A stretch of DNA of 64,000 bases, from the NCBI GenBank assembly GCA_964506225.1, contig CAZDKH010000004.1, forward strand, positions 3,262-67,261, in the 5' to 3' direction. The translations under genes and the position numbers were made by a program. Shown here one piece after another: positions 9,488 through 19,051 of this stretch. This stretch comes from an uncultured Gammaproteobacteria bacterium (GTDB lineage Bacteria; Patescibacteriota; Microgenomatia; UBA8517). How positions within the stretch are numbered: the first letter of the stretch is position 1; the number at the start of each line of letters is the position of its first letter. The notes beneath the pieces were generated by a model, which searched no databases, was not told where the DNA came from, and saw nothing but the letters and a program-made list of their open reading frames with translations.

Positions 9488-10201
9488 TCATGTCTTTAAC
9501 CTTTCCTTTGCCCTCTTATATACTTCTAACACCGAAATATTGTCAGGCATTTGGGGATGATGACTCATGGCAGAAATCACATCTTCCTCTCGGAAAGAAC
9601 CAGATAAAAGCAATCCCAAATGTTCTATATCACTTTGTCTAACTTGTCGTTTGGGATTTTTCACAAGACCTGAAACCCTAATGGCCCAAGTGGCAATAGT
9701 ATATGGAAGAGATTTTACCCAAAAAAAATATTCTTGTCCTTTTGAGTTTTTAATCGGGACTAGTACAGTGGGAACAACACTGCCATTTTTCAAACGATAA
9801 GAATTTTTGGAACCTTTTATTTTTTTAGCTTCCACAAATTGTAATTCTAGCCTTCTGAAATTCCTCTGATCTAGCAAAACATTGTATTCCAATCTATCAC
9901 ATGTCGTTTTAAGTAAATGTAAATTTAGGCCCGACACTGAAAGATTTTCCATTATAAAGGCAACTTTTTTGATACTTTTAGACAAATTAGACGTAAAAAC
10001 ATTCGTATCTATATCATTGTGTTTTAGTTCATAGCCCGTAAGTGCTTCGATAGCGTAACTTCCGCTTACCACTAGCCGTATCCCCCCAACATTATTAAAG
10101 TGAGAACTTACTGCAGAAAGTAACTGCAAATCAATATTCCTTATTGTTATAAAATCGGCTTTATTTTTTTCCCCTACTGGTATCTCGGTCTTTCTTATCA
10201 T
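9488..10201 (-). CDS. Pol-beta-superfamily nucleotidyltransferase of the LnuA / ANT(2'')-Ia family (237 aa)
   Basis: VSGSYAIEALTGYELKHNDIDT matches the GGWGVDVLTGKQQREHRDIDI (LnuA) and GGGWAIDARLGRVTRKHDDIDL (ANT(2'')) active-site segment, i.e. the GS...DxD NTase signature. Confidence 0.65.
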   Translation of the reverse strand: MIRKTEIPVGEKNKADFITIRNIDLQLLSAVSSHFNNVGGIRLVVSGSYAIEALTGYELKHNDIDTNVFTSNLSKSIKKVAFIMENLSVSGLNLHLLKTTCDRLEYNVLLDQRNFRRLELQFVEAKKIKGSKNSYRLKNGSVVPTVLVPIKNSKGQEYFFWVKSLPYTIATWAIRVSGLVKNPKRQVRQSDIEHLGLLLSGSFREEDVISAMSHHPQMPDNISVLEVYKRAKERLKT

Positions 10202-10226
10202 TTTCCAATATTTATTTTATTAATCT

Positions 10227-11417
10227 TTATATATTCGTATCCCTATCTAAACCCAACCTATCAAGAATAAGCTGGCGATATTTATCGGAATTCAAGAAGG
10301 GATTCAGATCGATTGGTACTCTAAGTCCTCCATTTGAAGTGGTTCCATATCCCTTAGTAACCGGAGAATCCAATGCTTCCCAATTTACTAATTTCATTAG
10401 GCTCTCAATTCTTATTTTGGCTTCGTTAAAGTTTTCAACTGGAGTTACAAGATCGACTTTTTCAGAACTTACTGCTTGCTTCATCGGAATATACTTTTCT
10501 CCAGAGACGATTTTTCTGCATATTTCAGCTACTTTATATCGCAAAGCACATTGTAGTAAAAAATCAGATGCTACTTCGGTAGCCCACGGATACTTTTGCA
10601 GTATCTGTTTGGCCACTTTATTTGCAGTTTTAGGTTTATAAACAAGAGACTTGCGAGTAAAAGCATCTAAGTCATTAACTGACTTAGCGGCTCTAAAGTG
10701 TCTTAACCGTGCCTGAATGTGATCAGTAATATCTAACCTCGCAAAGTGAAGAAAAGCAGATTTAAGAACTACCTTTCTATCCTTTTCTGGCACTAGACTA
10801 TTCATTCGACTATCGGATGTGATATTTTGACAACCAAACATCACCCCAATAATACTTGTGTCTACCAAAAGCAAGCTTCCTTTTAGCCTTTTTCTCGGTC
10901 TGTGTTTATAGGTAAATTCCCTTGCTAAAGGATGTTTGTCAGCTTCAAAAATACGCATAAAGACTATTTGTTGTGGACTTAACTTAATTTTGGATTCCGT
11001 AATTATTTCTAAAGGATAAGTTGCATAATTCGACCCAACTACAGGCTTATCGCCTTCATTCCACAAATTAGCCAATGCCATGGGAAGTCTTGAGATATCT
11101 GCGTCAGTTAGGAAGATTCGCTTATATCCTTCCTCGGCAGCAAGTTGTCCAATTGCTTTTTCGGCATTTACTATTCCAGGAGGAGTTTTTATAAACACGA
11201 TGTCGGCATTATATAAAGAACGATTTATGTGATAGGGAATTGGATTTTCTTGAGAGATTTTTGGGCCGTTTACTCCTACCACTATCTTTGCATCAATATT
11301 TAATTTGTGAAGGCATTCATCAAGGTTTTTTAGACAAGCTTCAAGTACTTCTACGCCCTCACCCTCATAAAAAGGGACTCCAACAATTGTTCTTTTATCA
11401 GTTATCCGCTTATTCAT
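10227..11417 (-). CDS. GT-A-fold nucleotide-diphospho-sugar-transferase-like protein (396 aa) with a long C-terminal extension
   Basis: Begins with a GT2-like beta strand and YEGEG where GT2 has YNE, and has a DxD motif (FLTDADIS). The C-terminal 200 aa has no recognisable motif. Confidence 0.45.
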   Translation of the reverse strand: MNKRITDKRTIVGVPFYEGEGVEVLEACLKNLDECLHKLNIDAKIVVGVNGPKISQENPIPYHINRSLYNADIVFIKTPPGIVNAEKAIGQLAAEEGYKRIFLTDADISRLPMALANLWNEGDKPVVGSNYATYPLEIITESKIKLSPQQIVFMRIFEADKHPLAREFTYKHRPRKRLKGSLLLVDTSIIGVMFGCQNITSDSRMNSLVPEKDRKVVLKSAFLHFARLDITDHIQARLRHFRAAKSVNDLDAFTRKSLVYKPKTANKVAKQILQKYPWATEVASDFLLQCALRYKVAEICRKIVSGEKYIPMKQAVSSEKVDLVTPVENFNEAKIRIESLMKLVNWEALDSPVTKGYGTTSNGGLRVPIDLNPFLNSDKYRQLILDRLGLDRDTNI

Positions 11418-11492
11418 AAAACTATGGGTTATTATAGTCTTTTTAAACTTGGAATTCTACTTTAAATTGCAAGAAAGAATAACCTTAAGCGA

Positions 11493-12137
11493 CTAAATTT
11501 TACTTATTAGCTCCATAATTGCATTATTATATGCATCATAGACTTCATCTAGGTTAGATTCAGCATTGATATCTATCACTGGAATTATTTTTCCAAGTTT
11601 TTCTATAGCATTCTTTGTGTAATCTAAATAGTCGCGATAACGCCTTTCCGCAAATTCAGAATCTGATTCACACACAATTCTTTCGCCGTTTCTTCTACCC
11701 CTTGCCGAAAGTCTTTGTCGAGAATTTTCCAAAGAAATTTCTAGACTAATACAACCAAGTAGGGTATGATTTCCTTTATCTATTGCTGTCAAAAAATGTT
11801 CTATAGCATCAGGGAACATCGGATATCCATCTACAATCACGAGTGAATTTTCTGGATATCTCGAAATAGATTCAAATATTACCCCATTAACAACTTCATG
11901 CCTTAATGGTGATGAAGCGTTAGACGAATTTATAATAGGTTCAAAAACTGAGTTCCTAACGCCAGTGCGTATATCTCTAAGACAGTTTCCCGCTGAAATA
12001 TGGAAGACTACTAATTCATTTCCTGAAAGATTAGCAAATCTTTCTGAAAGAGTAGATTTTCCTGATCCGGGAGGGCCGAGAACTACAATTATTTTTGCCA
12101 TGTGGGAATTATAAGATTTAGGCATAAAAAATTGCAA
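11493..12137 (-). CDS. adenylate-kinase-family P-loop NMP kinase, short form; probable true start at the Met of MAKIIVVLG (12101)
   Basis: GPPGSGKST Walker A; the NMP-binding segment and DGYPM (AK DGFPR) and the RGRRNGE arginine cluster align with Adk. The catalytic Arg of DGFPR is replaced by Met. Confidence 0.7.
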   Translation of the reverse strand: MQFFMPKSYNSHMAKIIVVLGPPGSGKSTLSERFANLSGNELVVFHISAGNCLRDIRTGVRNSVFEPIINSSNASSPLRHEVVNGVIFESISRYPENSLVIVDGYPMFPDAIEHFLTAIDKGNHTLLGCISLEISLENSRQRLSARGRRNGERIVCESDSEFAERRYRDYLDYTKNAIEKLGKIIPVIDINAESNLDEVYDAYNNAIMELISKI

Positions 12138-12576
12138 ATACTGTTTTAAAAATAGTAATTTCTGAGAAATAGGGAAAATAGGACTACCAAAATTTGAGTA
12201 GCAATTTGAAGCTTAAACAATTACGATCTTAAACAAAAGCTTCTAACTCTGTCCGCTTAAAAGATGTCTAAAGTATAACTGGTGGTACAATTTTAAAAAT
12301 TCAGAATTTTTGCTATCATAGCCGATGGTGGAAAGAAGAATAATTACCGAGGTTCCAAAAATTGACCCAAAGAAAAAAAAAATAATAGGTAGTACCTTCG
12401 GGATGTGTTACTCAGGGTGTATGTTTAATGCAAGAACCCTAGAAGGCCCTGGTTTATGCCTTCTTTTGAAGCCTCACCTTGCTCGAGTTGCGCTTAAAAG
12501 ATATAAAGATAATCCCTTAAAATTACCCCAAAACAACGATTGTCCAGCTAATATTGTTGTAATAAATTAGAGCAAG

Positions 12577-13257
12577 GTGATTCCTGATTTTTCTTACGAA
12601 AAAAAACTTTGGAGGAGGGGATTTAGATTTATTGCCGGAGCTGATGAAGTGGGAAGGGGAGCTTTTGCAGGTCCGGTAGTCGCTGCCGCAGTTACCTTTG
12701 CTCCAATCACCAATTCTCAATTTCCAATCTTCAATGAGAATTTAGATTTGGTGATCAATGATTCCAAACAACTTCGACCAAAGCAAAGAGAAATTGCTGC
12801 CAAGTGGATCAAAGAAAATGCACTCACCTGGGGAATTGGGGAGTCTCCTGTGAACTTAATTAACAGATTTGGAATGGCCAAGGCCACAAATATGGCTTTC
12901 AGAAAAGCAATTGCCAACGCCAACTTAAAATTAAAAGCCAAGATAGGCAAGTCCGCGGCAATTGATTATCTTTTGGTTGATGCTTTTTTTGTGCCATATT
13001 TGAAGGGTATAAAAAGAAAAAACCAAAAAGCGATAATCAAAGGAGACACAAAATCGATAAGTATTGCCGCCGCCTCTATTATTGCTAAAGTTCACCGGGA
13101 TAAAATCATGCTTAGACTTTCTAAAAATCCCAAATACAAAGATTATAAATGGGGTAAAAACAAAGGATACGGCACAAAGGACCACAGAAGTGTTATCCTT
13201 AGAAAGGGAATCTGCCGACTTCACAGAAAGCAGTTTGTAAGAAGAATAATTTTTTAA
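12577..13257 (+). CDS. rnhB: ribonuclease HII
   Basis: ADEVGRGAFAGPVVAAAV (DEVGRG) motif. Confidence 0.9.
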   Translation: MIPDFSYEKKLWRRGFRFIAGADEVGRGAFAGPVVAAAVTFAPITNSQFPIFNENLDLVINDSKQLRPKQREIAAKWIKENALTWGIGESPVNLINRFGMAKATNMAFRKAIANANLKLKAKIGKSAAIDYLLVDAFFVPYLKGIKRKNQKAIIKGDTKSISIAAASIIAKVHRDKIMLRLSKNPKYKDYKWGKNKGYGTKDHRSVILRKGICRLHRKQFVRRIIF

Positions 13258-13454
13258 TATTCTCTTTTCTTTTCTATCTCCCTTAAATGTTTGATGCGGT
13301 ACTTTCGCTCTTTTCTTTTTTCGGCGCCGCTTTTGAAAAATTTACGCTCGCGGGCTTCAGGGATTATGCCCTCGAAAAGAACCTTTTTGCGAAATCTGGC
13401 AATAAGTTTTTCGTCGGATTCTCCTGCTTTTTTCTTGACCACAATCAAAGTCAA
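13254..13454 (-). CDS. rpsU: 30S ribosomal protein S21
   Basis: 66 aa, basic; LIARFRKKV..EARERKFF pattern. Confidence 0.8.
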   Translation of the reverse strand: MTLIVVKKKAGESDEKLIARFRKKVLFEGIIPEARERKFFKSGAEKRKERKYRIKHLREIEKKREY

Positions 13455-13545
13455 TCGCCCCCCTTCTAGATAAAATTTTTATCATGAGATTACACCTCTT
13501 GGGCTTATTGTAGCAGATGATTCAAAAAATAAAAAATCGATATTA

Positions 13546-14702
13546 TCAAACTGCCTTTTGAAGAAGAATTTCTGGATCTTCAATAATCTGGAGAGCTTCT
13601 TTTATCCACGGTATATCTTCTTTCTCCACTGTCCATCTTGTTTCTGGTGGTCTCCAGATACTTCTGTCTGATTTATCAACGTCAAAAACATAAAATCCTG
13701 TTGCGCCATATGCACGGGATAAAAACATGGCCTAAAAGAGCCAATCACCACGTCTTTGCAAATATGCGCTATTTGCTTCTGTAACCCTGAAAGCAACCTT
13801 TCCTCCAAGGCGCCTTTGAAGAAAATCTAAATTATTCTCAAAGATTTCTCTCGGCGTGCAGTTGCCTCTTAAAAAAGGTGGTAAATCGCCAACCTCGTTA
13901 ATTTCCTGTAAAGGAACAAAATAATTGTACCCTTCGATTCCCAATGCAAAGCTGACAAATTTATGTCCTGAGTATTCATCTGGTGTGAGGATATAATCTT
14001 GAAAATTCTCGTTTGACCACAATGAAGGGACCAAAATCACTTTGTGTCTGTTTTTTTCAAAAATATAGGTTGCTTTTCTAAAAAGCCCAAAAAACTTTCT
14101 TAATCTTGCCTTTTGGAAATGCCGTAAAGATTGTAGGAAAAAGCTTCACTTGGAAAATTGGTGTTGGCTTCAAACCAAGGTCTTAATTCAAAAATTTTTA
14201 GAAAAGGTTTTGAATTTTCCTCAACCTGATATAAGCCTTCTTCCCAGTAGGGTAAATTCTCTTTTGAAAAGGGATGACCATACCAGTTTCTTCTGTAGGA
14301 GGTGACGCTTAGATTATTTATCCCACCTTTTTTATCAACTTCAAGCATCCAGGGAATTAAAATTTGCTCACAAAAATTCCTGTCCATAAGCTGGTTAAAA
14401 CTTACAAAAATTCCGACCACAATTCTGTCAATTTCTAAAATTTTTCTAATCTCATCAATTCTCTCTAGGGCAGATTCGGTATCGGCAGGATTTTCGCGGT
14501 GAGGATATATCCCTTGAACAAAATCTTTATTTTGATACCTTTTCAACCTCTCTACCAACCAGTTTGCGTCTAGCGAATAGTCTTTGCCTTCTTGAAACTT
14601 TGAGAAAATGAGGGGGGAGAAAACAAATGATGTTCCGGCAAGTAATTTGAGGCCGAATCTCAAAAATTTCCTTCTTGTTAGTCTTTCTGGCCCATTTGTC
14701 AT
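13546..14702 (-). pseudogene. Tat-signal secreted hydrolase-like protein split into three consecutive ORFs (14702-14100, 14040-13732, 13728-13546) by two frameshifts
   Basis: Twin-arginine signal RRKFLRFGLKLLAG. The three ORFs follow each other in different frames, and the junction at 14041-14099 reads through protein-like in the shifted frame across poly-T/poly-A runs. Confidence 0.55.
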
Positions 14703-14830
14703 TTTTGGGCAATAGTAGAGAAATTTGTTTAGTTTCTAGATGGTCTTTATTTATTATACTACAGGTCTTTTGTTGCCCTTCGGCTATTAATCGAATAAGA
14801 TAGTAATAAGGAAAGTAAGTTTCTTGGAGA

Positions 14831-16072
14831 ATGTTTAAAAGAACCAGAACAGTATTTCTTAAAGACCCTTCATTTCCAAAAGTGATAACACTTTCGCTGA
14901 TTTTGTTTTTTATCTTTCTGGCTGATGCGATTTTATCCTTCTGGGCGCCTACTTTTATTGAGGATTCTTTTGAAAGCCCATTTTTAATGGGGCTTATCAT
15001 GAGCTTTTCCTCAATAGTGGGTTTTGGTGCGGATGTTATCCTTCCACAAATCATTAAGGGAATTTCGGTTAGAAAACTTTTGTTTTTGTCGATTATATTA
15101 AGTTTAATTTTTGCCCTGAGTCTTTTTAGCGCCACATTTAGGCCATACTTGGCCATTTTTCTTTTGGCCATGGCGATTTGGGGAGTATATTACGAGTTTT
15201 TGGGTTTTGCTAATCAGCAGTTTGTTTCAGATTCGGTTCCTTTTAAGTCTCACTCTACAGCTTGGGCGATTATCAGTGTTTTTAAGAATCTGGCCTATTT
15301 TTTGGGCCCGCTTTTTGCCGGCTGGTTACTTTATTTGAGTGAGGGTTTTCTGGTTTCAGGTGTAATCTTTTTCTTGCTTATTGCCCTCCTTGTTTTTCTG
15401 ACTTCCTATAAAAATCACGCCAGACCCCTGGAAATTGACGTAACCCAAGTTAATCTGGGAAGTGAACTGGAACACTGGCTAGTTCTTTTTAGGAGAGTCT
15501 GGCCGATGGTGACAATGAGCCTTGTTTTGGGTTTGATTGATGCCACATTTTGGACAACTGGGGCAGTTTGGACTGAAAAGTTAAGTCAACAAAGCTTTTT
15601 TGGTAGTTTCTTTTTGCCTTTTTATACTCTGCCCTCGCTTTTTTTGGGATTTGTGGTAGCCAAGTGGGGAGTATTCTCTGGTAAAAAAAGAGTTGCGATA
15701 GTAAGTCTTTTGGCAGGCGGAATTTTACTTTTGTTTCTTGGAATAAGCGGGGCAATATGGCTTCAGTTATTTTTAGTGCTTCTTATAGCAACTTCCTTGT
15801 CGGTGACCTACCCTATGGTGGATGCTGTTTATTCTGATATTTTGGCAAGAATGGGCAGAAAGAGAAAACACCTTATCGGTCTTTCAAACTCAACAATAAG
15901 CATTTCCTATATTATTGGCCCTTCGTTGGCTGGATATGTAGCAGAGCAAATTGGGGAGAAATTGACCTTCTCTGTTTTGGGAATACTAACCTTTTTTGTG
16001 GCGGCATTTCTTTTTTTTACTACTCCAAAAAAGCTGCATCTACCCCAAAGAATTATCAAAATGTGGGACTAA
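14831..16072 (+). CDS. MFS-type transporter (413 aa, about 12 TM helices)
   Basis: Hydrophobicity pattern throughout. Confidence 0.6.
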   Translation: MFKRTRTVFLKDPSFPKVITLSLILFFIFLADAILSFWAPTFIEDSFESPFLMGLIMSFSSIVGFGADVILPQIIKGISVRKLLFLSIILSLIFALSLFSATFRPYLAIFLLAMAIWGVYYEFLGFANQQFVSDSVPFKSHSTAWAIISVFKNLAYFLGPLFAGWLLYLSEGFLVSGVIFFLLIALLVFLTSYKNHARPLEIDVTQVNLGSELEHWLVLFRRVWPMVTMSLVLGLIDATFWTTGAVWTEKLSQQSFFGSFFLPFYTLPSLFLGFVVAKWGVFSGKKRVAIVSLLAGGILLLFLGISGAIWLQLFLVLLIATSLSVTYPMVDAVYSDILARMGRKRKHLIGLSNSTISISYIIGPSLAGYVAEQIGEKLTFSVLGILTFFVAAFLFFTTPKKLHLPQRIIKMWD

Positions 16073-18568
16073 TTTATAATATAAAAGCTTTACAGCTTCT
16101 GTTGTAACAAAATAACACCCTGTAAGTCCAATTATAACCGCAAGTGTTGCGATTGATGGGTGGGTAAACTTAAACCAAGTTTCTCCAATTTCAGAAGTTG
16201 GCAGGATGATTGTGGTAAAAAAAGCCAGAACACTAAAAAAAAGCAAAGTTTTTGAGGGCCTTCTGGTTTTGAAGAATAAGCCTTTTGTTCGAAGAGAAAA
16301 AATAATCGCCAACTCCGTCAGGACACTTGCTATAAACCAATTGGTTTGCAGTACCGCTGGTGAAATTCTAGAAAATATTACGAAGAAGATAAAATCAAAA
16401 ACTGTACTTACGGCTCCTAGTACGGTTGAGCTTACTGCAATCTCTTTGAGGGAATAGCTTTTGGGTCGGGCTACCTCATTTGTGTCTATATTGTCGGTAG
16501 CGATTGTTATCATTGGAAAATCTGATAAAAGGTCGAGTAAAAGGATTTGCACAGGAAGCATTGGTGGATAGTTAACAAGCAAAGATGCGGATGCAACTGC
16601 AAAAAAATTACCAAAATTAGAAGCAAGTGTGGCTTTAATGTATTTTGTGGTATTTCCCAAAAGACTTCGGCCCTCTTCAATACCATCGACAATCACATTT
16701 AGACTTGGTTGCAGCAAAACAATATCGGAGGAATCCTTGGCAATATCGGATGCTCCCTCAACCACCAAGCCGACATTTGCGGCATTTAAGGCGGGGGCGT
16801 CGTTGACTCCTTCACCTAAAAATCCTACCTCATGTTTTTTTGCCAACTTTTGAATTATTTCGTACTTTTGGTCAGGTGAAACTCTGGCGAATACACTGTA
16901 TTTTTCTACAGCCTCAGAGAACTCTTGCTCATTAAGAGCATATATTTCTGGGCCAGAAATCACATCATTTATATTTTTGATAATTCCAACTTCTTCGGCC
17001 ACCTTGCCGGCAACCTCTGGTGCATCTCCTGTGATAATTTTTATACTAACTCCGAGTTTTTTTGCTTTTGCCAGAGCTTCTTTGGCGGTTGGCTTTAAGG
17101 GGTCTTCAAATGAACAAAGACCTAAAAAGTCCATATTGTGTTCTTCTCTGGCAATCTCAATACTTGCCCTTGGGGGGACTTTTTTTCTGGCTATACCCAA
17201 GACTCTTTTTCCTGCCCTGCCTTCTTTTTTTAACCATAAGAGTATTTTCTCTTTATCTTTGATGTGTGAGCAAAGTCTTAAAATCTCCTCCGGAGCGCCA
17301 GCTGATAAAACAAATCCCTGGCTATAATCTTTTTGGCAAACATAAGAGCTGACCCTTCTTCTTAGGGGGTCAAAAGGAATTTCTTTAATTTTGAGAAAAT
17401 TTTTCAAAGATATTTTTTCTGAAAATGTCAGGGATTCAAAGATGGCTTTGGCAAAGGGATTTAAAAACGATTCGTTTTTGGGGTCTTCAAGAGCCAGAAA
17501 ACCCCAGATGACAAAATCTTTAAGATTATTTGGCTGAATTTGGGAAAGCTTCATTTGGTTTTGGGTAAGAGTGCCGGTCTTATCGCAGCAAAGAACCTCT
17601 ATACTGCCCAAATCTTCAATGGCCGAAAGTTTTTTGACAACGACTTTCTTTCTTGCAAGTTTTAGGGCGCCCTTAGAAAGGGAAAAAATGGTTACAACAG
17701 GTAAAGTTTCGGGTATGACGCTTATGGCAAGAGCAATACTAAAAATAGCAAATTCAAGGGGACGAAAATTATTACCTTTAATTACGATATTGACAGCAAA
17801 AACAAAAAGGCTGGTCACAAGAATTAACTTGAGAATAAAGTTTGATAGTTTGGCTATTCCTTTTTCATAACTTCCCGGCACCTCTTTTATAGAAGACAGT
17901 TTTGCTATCTTACCAAACGCTGTTTCTTTTCCGGTGGCGATAACCAGAGCCTTTGCAGAGCCTGTCAAGATTGTCGTTCCCGAAAAGCCAATGTTTTTAG
18001 CAAGATAAAACTCTTTAACTTTCTTCTTAAGTGCTTGAGGTTTTTTGAAAGCAGGCTCGGCCTCTCCGGTTAGGACAGACTCGTCTATTGACATCCCTTC
18101 GGTTTCCAAAAATCTGACGTCTGCTTGTATTTTATCCCCGGCAGCAAGAAGGACAACGTCTCCGGGCACTAACTCATAAGAATCAATAATTTTTTTCTTG
18201 CCGTCACGCAAAACAGTACTTTTTGCAACTATGAACTTTTTGAGAAGATTGAGCGTGTTGTTAGAACGGTATTCTTGGTAAAAACCCAAGATAATATCAA
18301 TAAAGACAAAAAGAAAAATTAGCAGACTGTCGATTGGTTCTCCAATAAAAAGGTAAACGGAAGCTGCCGCGATAAGAAGATAAATAAAAGGAGACTTAAG
18401 CTGGCGTATAAGAATATCAACCCAACCGGTCTTCTTGAGGTCAAGCGTGTTTGGGCCAACACTTTCCAATCTGGTTTTTGCCTCGTCGTTGGAGAGTCCA
18501 TTTTCTTTTGCTTTTAACTTTTCTAGAATTTCCTTTTGGGAAAGTGTGGTGTATTCCGCAAACCCCAT
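16040..18568 (-). CDS. P-type cation-transporting ATPase (type II, Ca2+/Mg2+-like), 842 aa
   Basis: Phosphorylation motif CCDKTGTLTQN; TGD and GEGVNDAPAL hinge motifs; N-terminal cation-ATPase domain. Confidence 0.9.
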   Translation of the reverse strand: MGFAEYTTLSQKEILEKLKAKENGLSNDEAKTRLESVGPNTLDLKKTGWVDILIRQLKSPFIYLLIAAASVYLFIGEPIDSLLIFLFVFIDIILGFYQEYRSNNTLNLLKKFIVAKSTVLRDGKKKIIDSYELVPGDVVLLAAGDKIQADVRFLETEGMSIDESVLTGEAEPAFKKPQALKKKVKEFYLAKNIGFSGTTILTGSAKALVIATGKETAFGKIAKLSSIKEVPGSYEKGIAKLSNFILKLILVTSLFVFAVNIVIKGNNFRPLEFAIFSIALAISVIPETLPVVTIFSLSKGALKLARKKVVVKKLSAIEDLGSIEVLCCDKTGTLTQNQMKLSQIQPNNLKDFVIWGFLALEDPKNESFLNPFAKAIFESLTFSEKISLKNFLKIKEIPFDPLRRRVSSYVCQKDYSQGFVLSAGAPEEILRLCSHIKDKEKILLWLKKEGRAGKRVLGIARKKVPPRASIEIAREEHNMDFLGLCSFEDPLKPTAKEALAKAKKLGVSIKIITGDAPEVAGKVAEEVGIIKNINDVISGPEIYALNEQEFSEAVEKYSVFARVSPDQKYEIIQKLAKKHEVGFLGEGVNDAPALNAANVGLVVEGASDIAKDSSDIVLLQPSLNVIVDGIEEGRSLLGNTTKYIKATLASNFGNFFAVASASLLVNYPPMLPVQILLLDLLSDFPMITIATDNIDTNEVARPKSYSLKEIAVSSTVLGAVSTVFDFIFFVIFSRISPAVLQTNWFIASVLTELAIIFSLRTKGLFFKTRRPSKTLLFFSVLAFFTTIILPTSEIGETWFKFTHPSIATLAVIIGLTGCYFVTTEAVKLLYYKLVPHFDNSLG

Positions 18569-18611
18569 TTCTTATTTCATTTTACTCCAAAACTTGTTAA
18601 AGTAATATCAA

Positions 18612-18968
18612 ATGGGTATAGATTTTAAGGCTAAGCTTTCAATACAAGAGATAAGCTTTTCTTCTTGGGCAAAGGAGCCTTCTTCTCAGCCGAGAAGTAT
18701 GATTATTGGCTCCAAAATTTGGGAAGTCAGAAAAGGGGAGAAAATCTACCTTAATTATGGAGGAGATTATTATCCGCTTGAGATAAAAGAAGTTGACGTT
18801 GATTTAGTGGTACTGCATACTGAAAATCTCAATGTACAGGGTTTTAGCGAAGGCAATGTTCTTCGCCCCGAACCTATGGATATTAATCTACACAAAGGCA
18901 AATTTGTGATTCTCAGAACCCCCACCTACGACTCTGGCATGAAGTGGAAAATAACCCTTATTTCGTAA
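18612..18968 (+). CDS. hypothetical protein (118 aa)
   Basis: ORF only. Confidence 0.35.
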   Translation: MGIDFKAKLSIQEISFSSWAKEPSSQPRSMIIGSKIWEVRKGEKIYLNYGGDYYPLEIKEVDVDLVVLHTENLNVQGFSEGNVLRPEPMDINLHKGKFVILRTPTYDSGMKWKITLIS

Positions 18969-19051
18969 GCTATTCTAAGATTTTTTTTCCTCCTTTCTTC
19001 TTTTTGGGGAAAGGCGTTTTAGAGAAAATTTGTATTATTTTAGATTAAGTC

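Noticed and set aside
9488-10201. The nucleotidyltransferase as a CBASS CD-NTase
   Set aside because: At 237 aa it is too small, its active-site segment matches the LnuA/ANT(2'') family rather than cGAS/DncV-like enzymes, and no effector or Cap genes are adjacent.
12325-13224. Small ORFs around the kinase-rnhB intergenic region and inside rnhB
   Set aside because: They have no motifs and overlap rnhB in other frames. The intergenic part (12390-12480) is slightly GC-richer, but I found no convincing structure.
14527-15171. 214-aa minus-strand ORF
   Set aside because: It overlaps both the MFS transporter gene and the frameshifted gene, and its composition is low-complexity and basic, typical of an antisense artefact.
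16206-18501. Several 60-116-aa ORFs antisense or offset within the P-type ATPase gene
   Set aside because: They are embedded in a well-supported 842-aa gene and have no independent signals.
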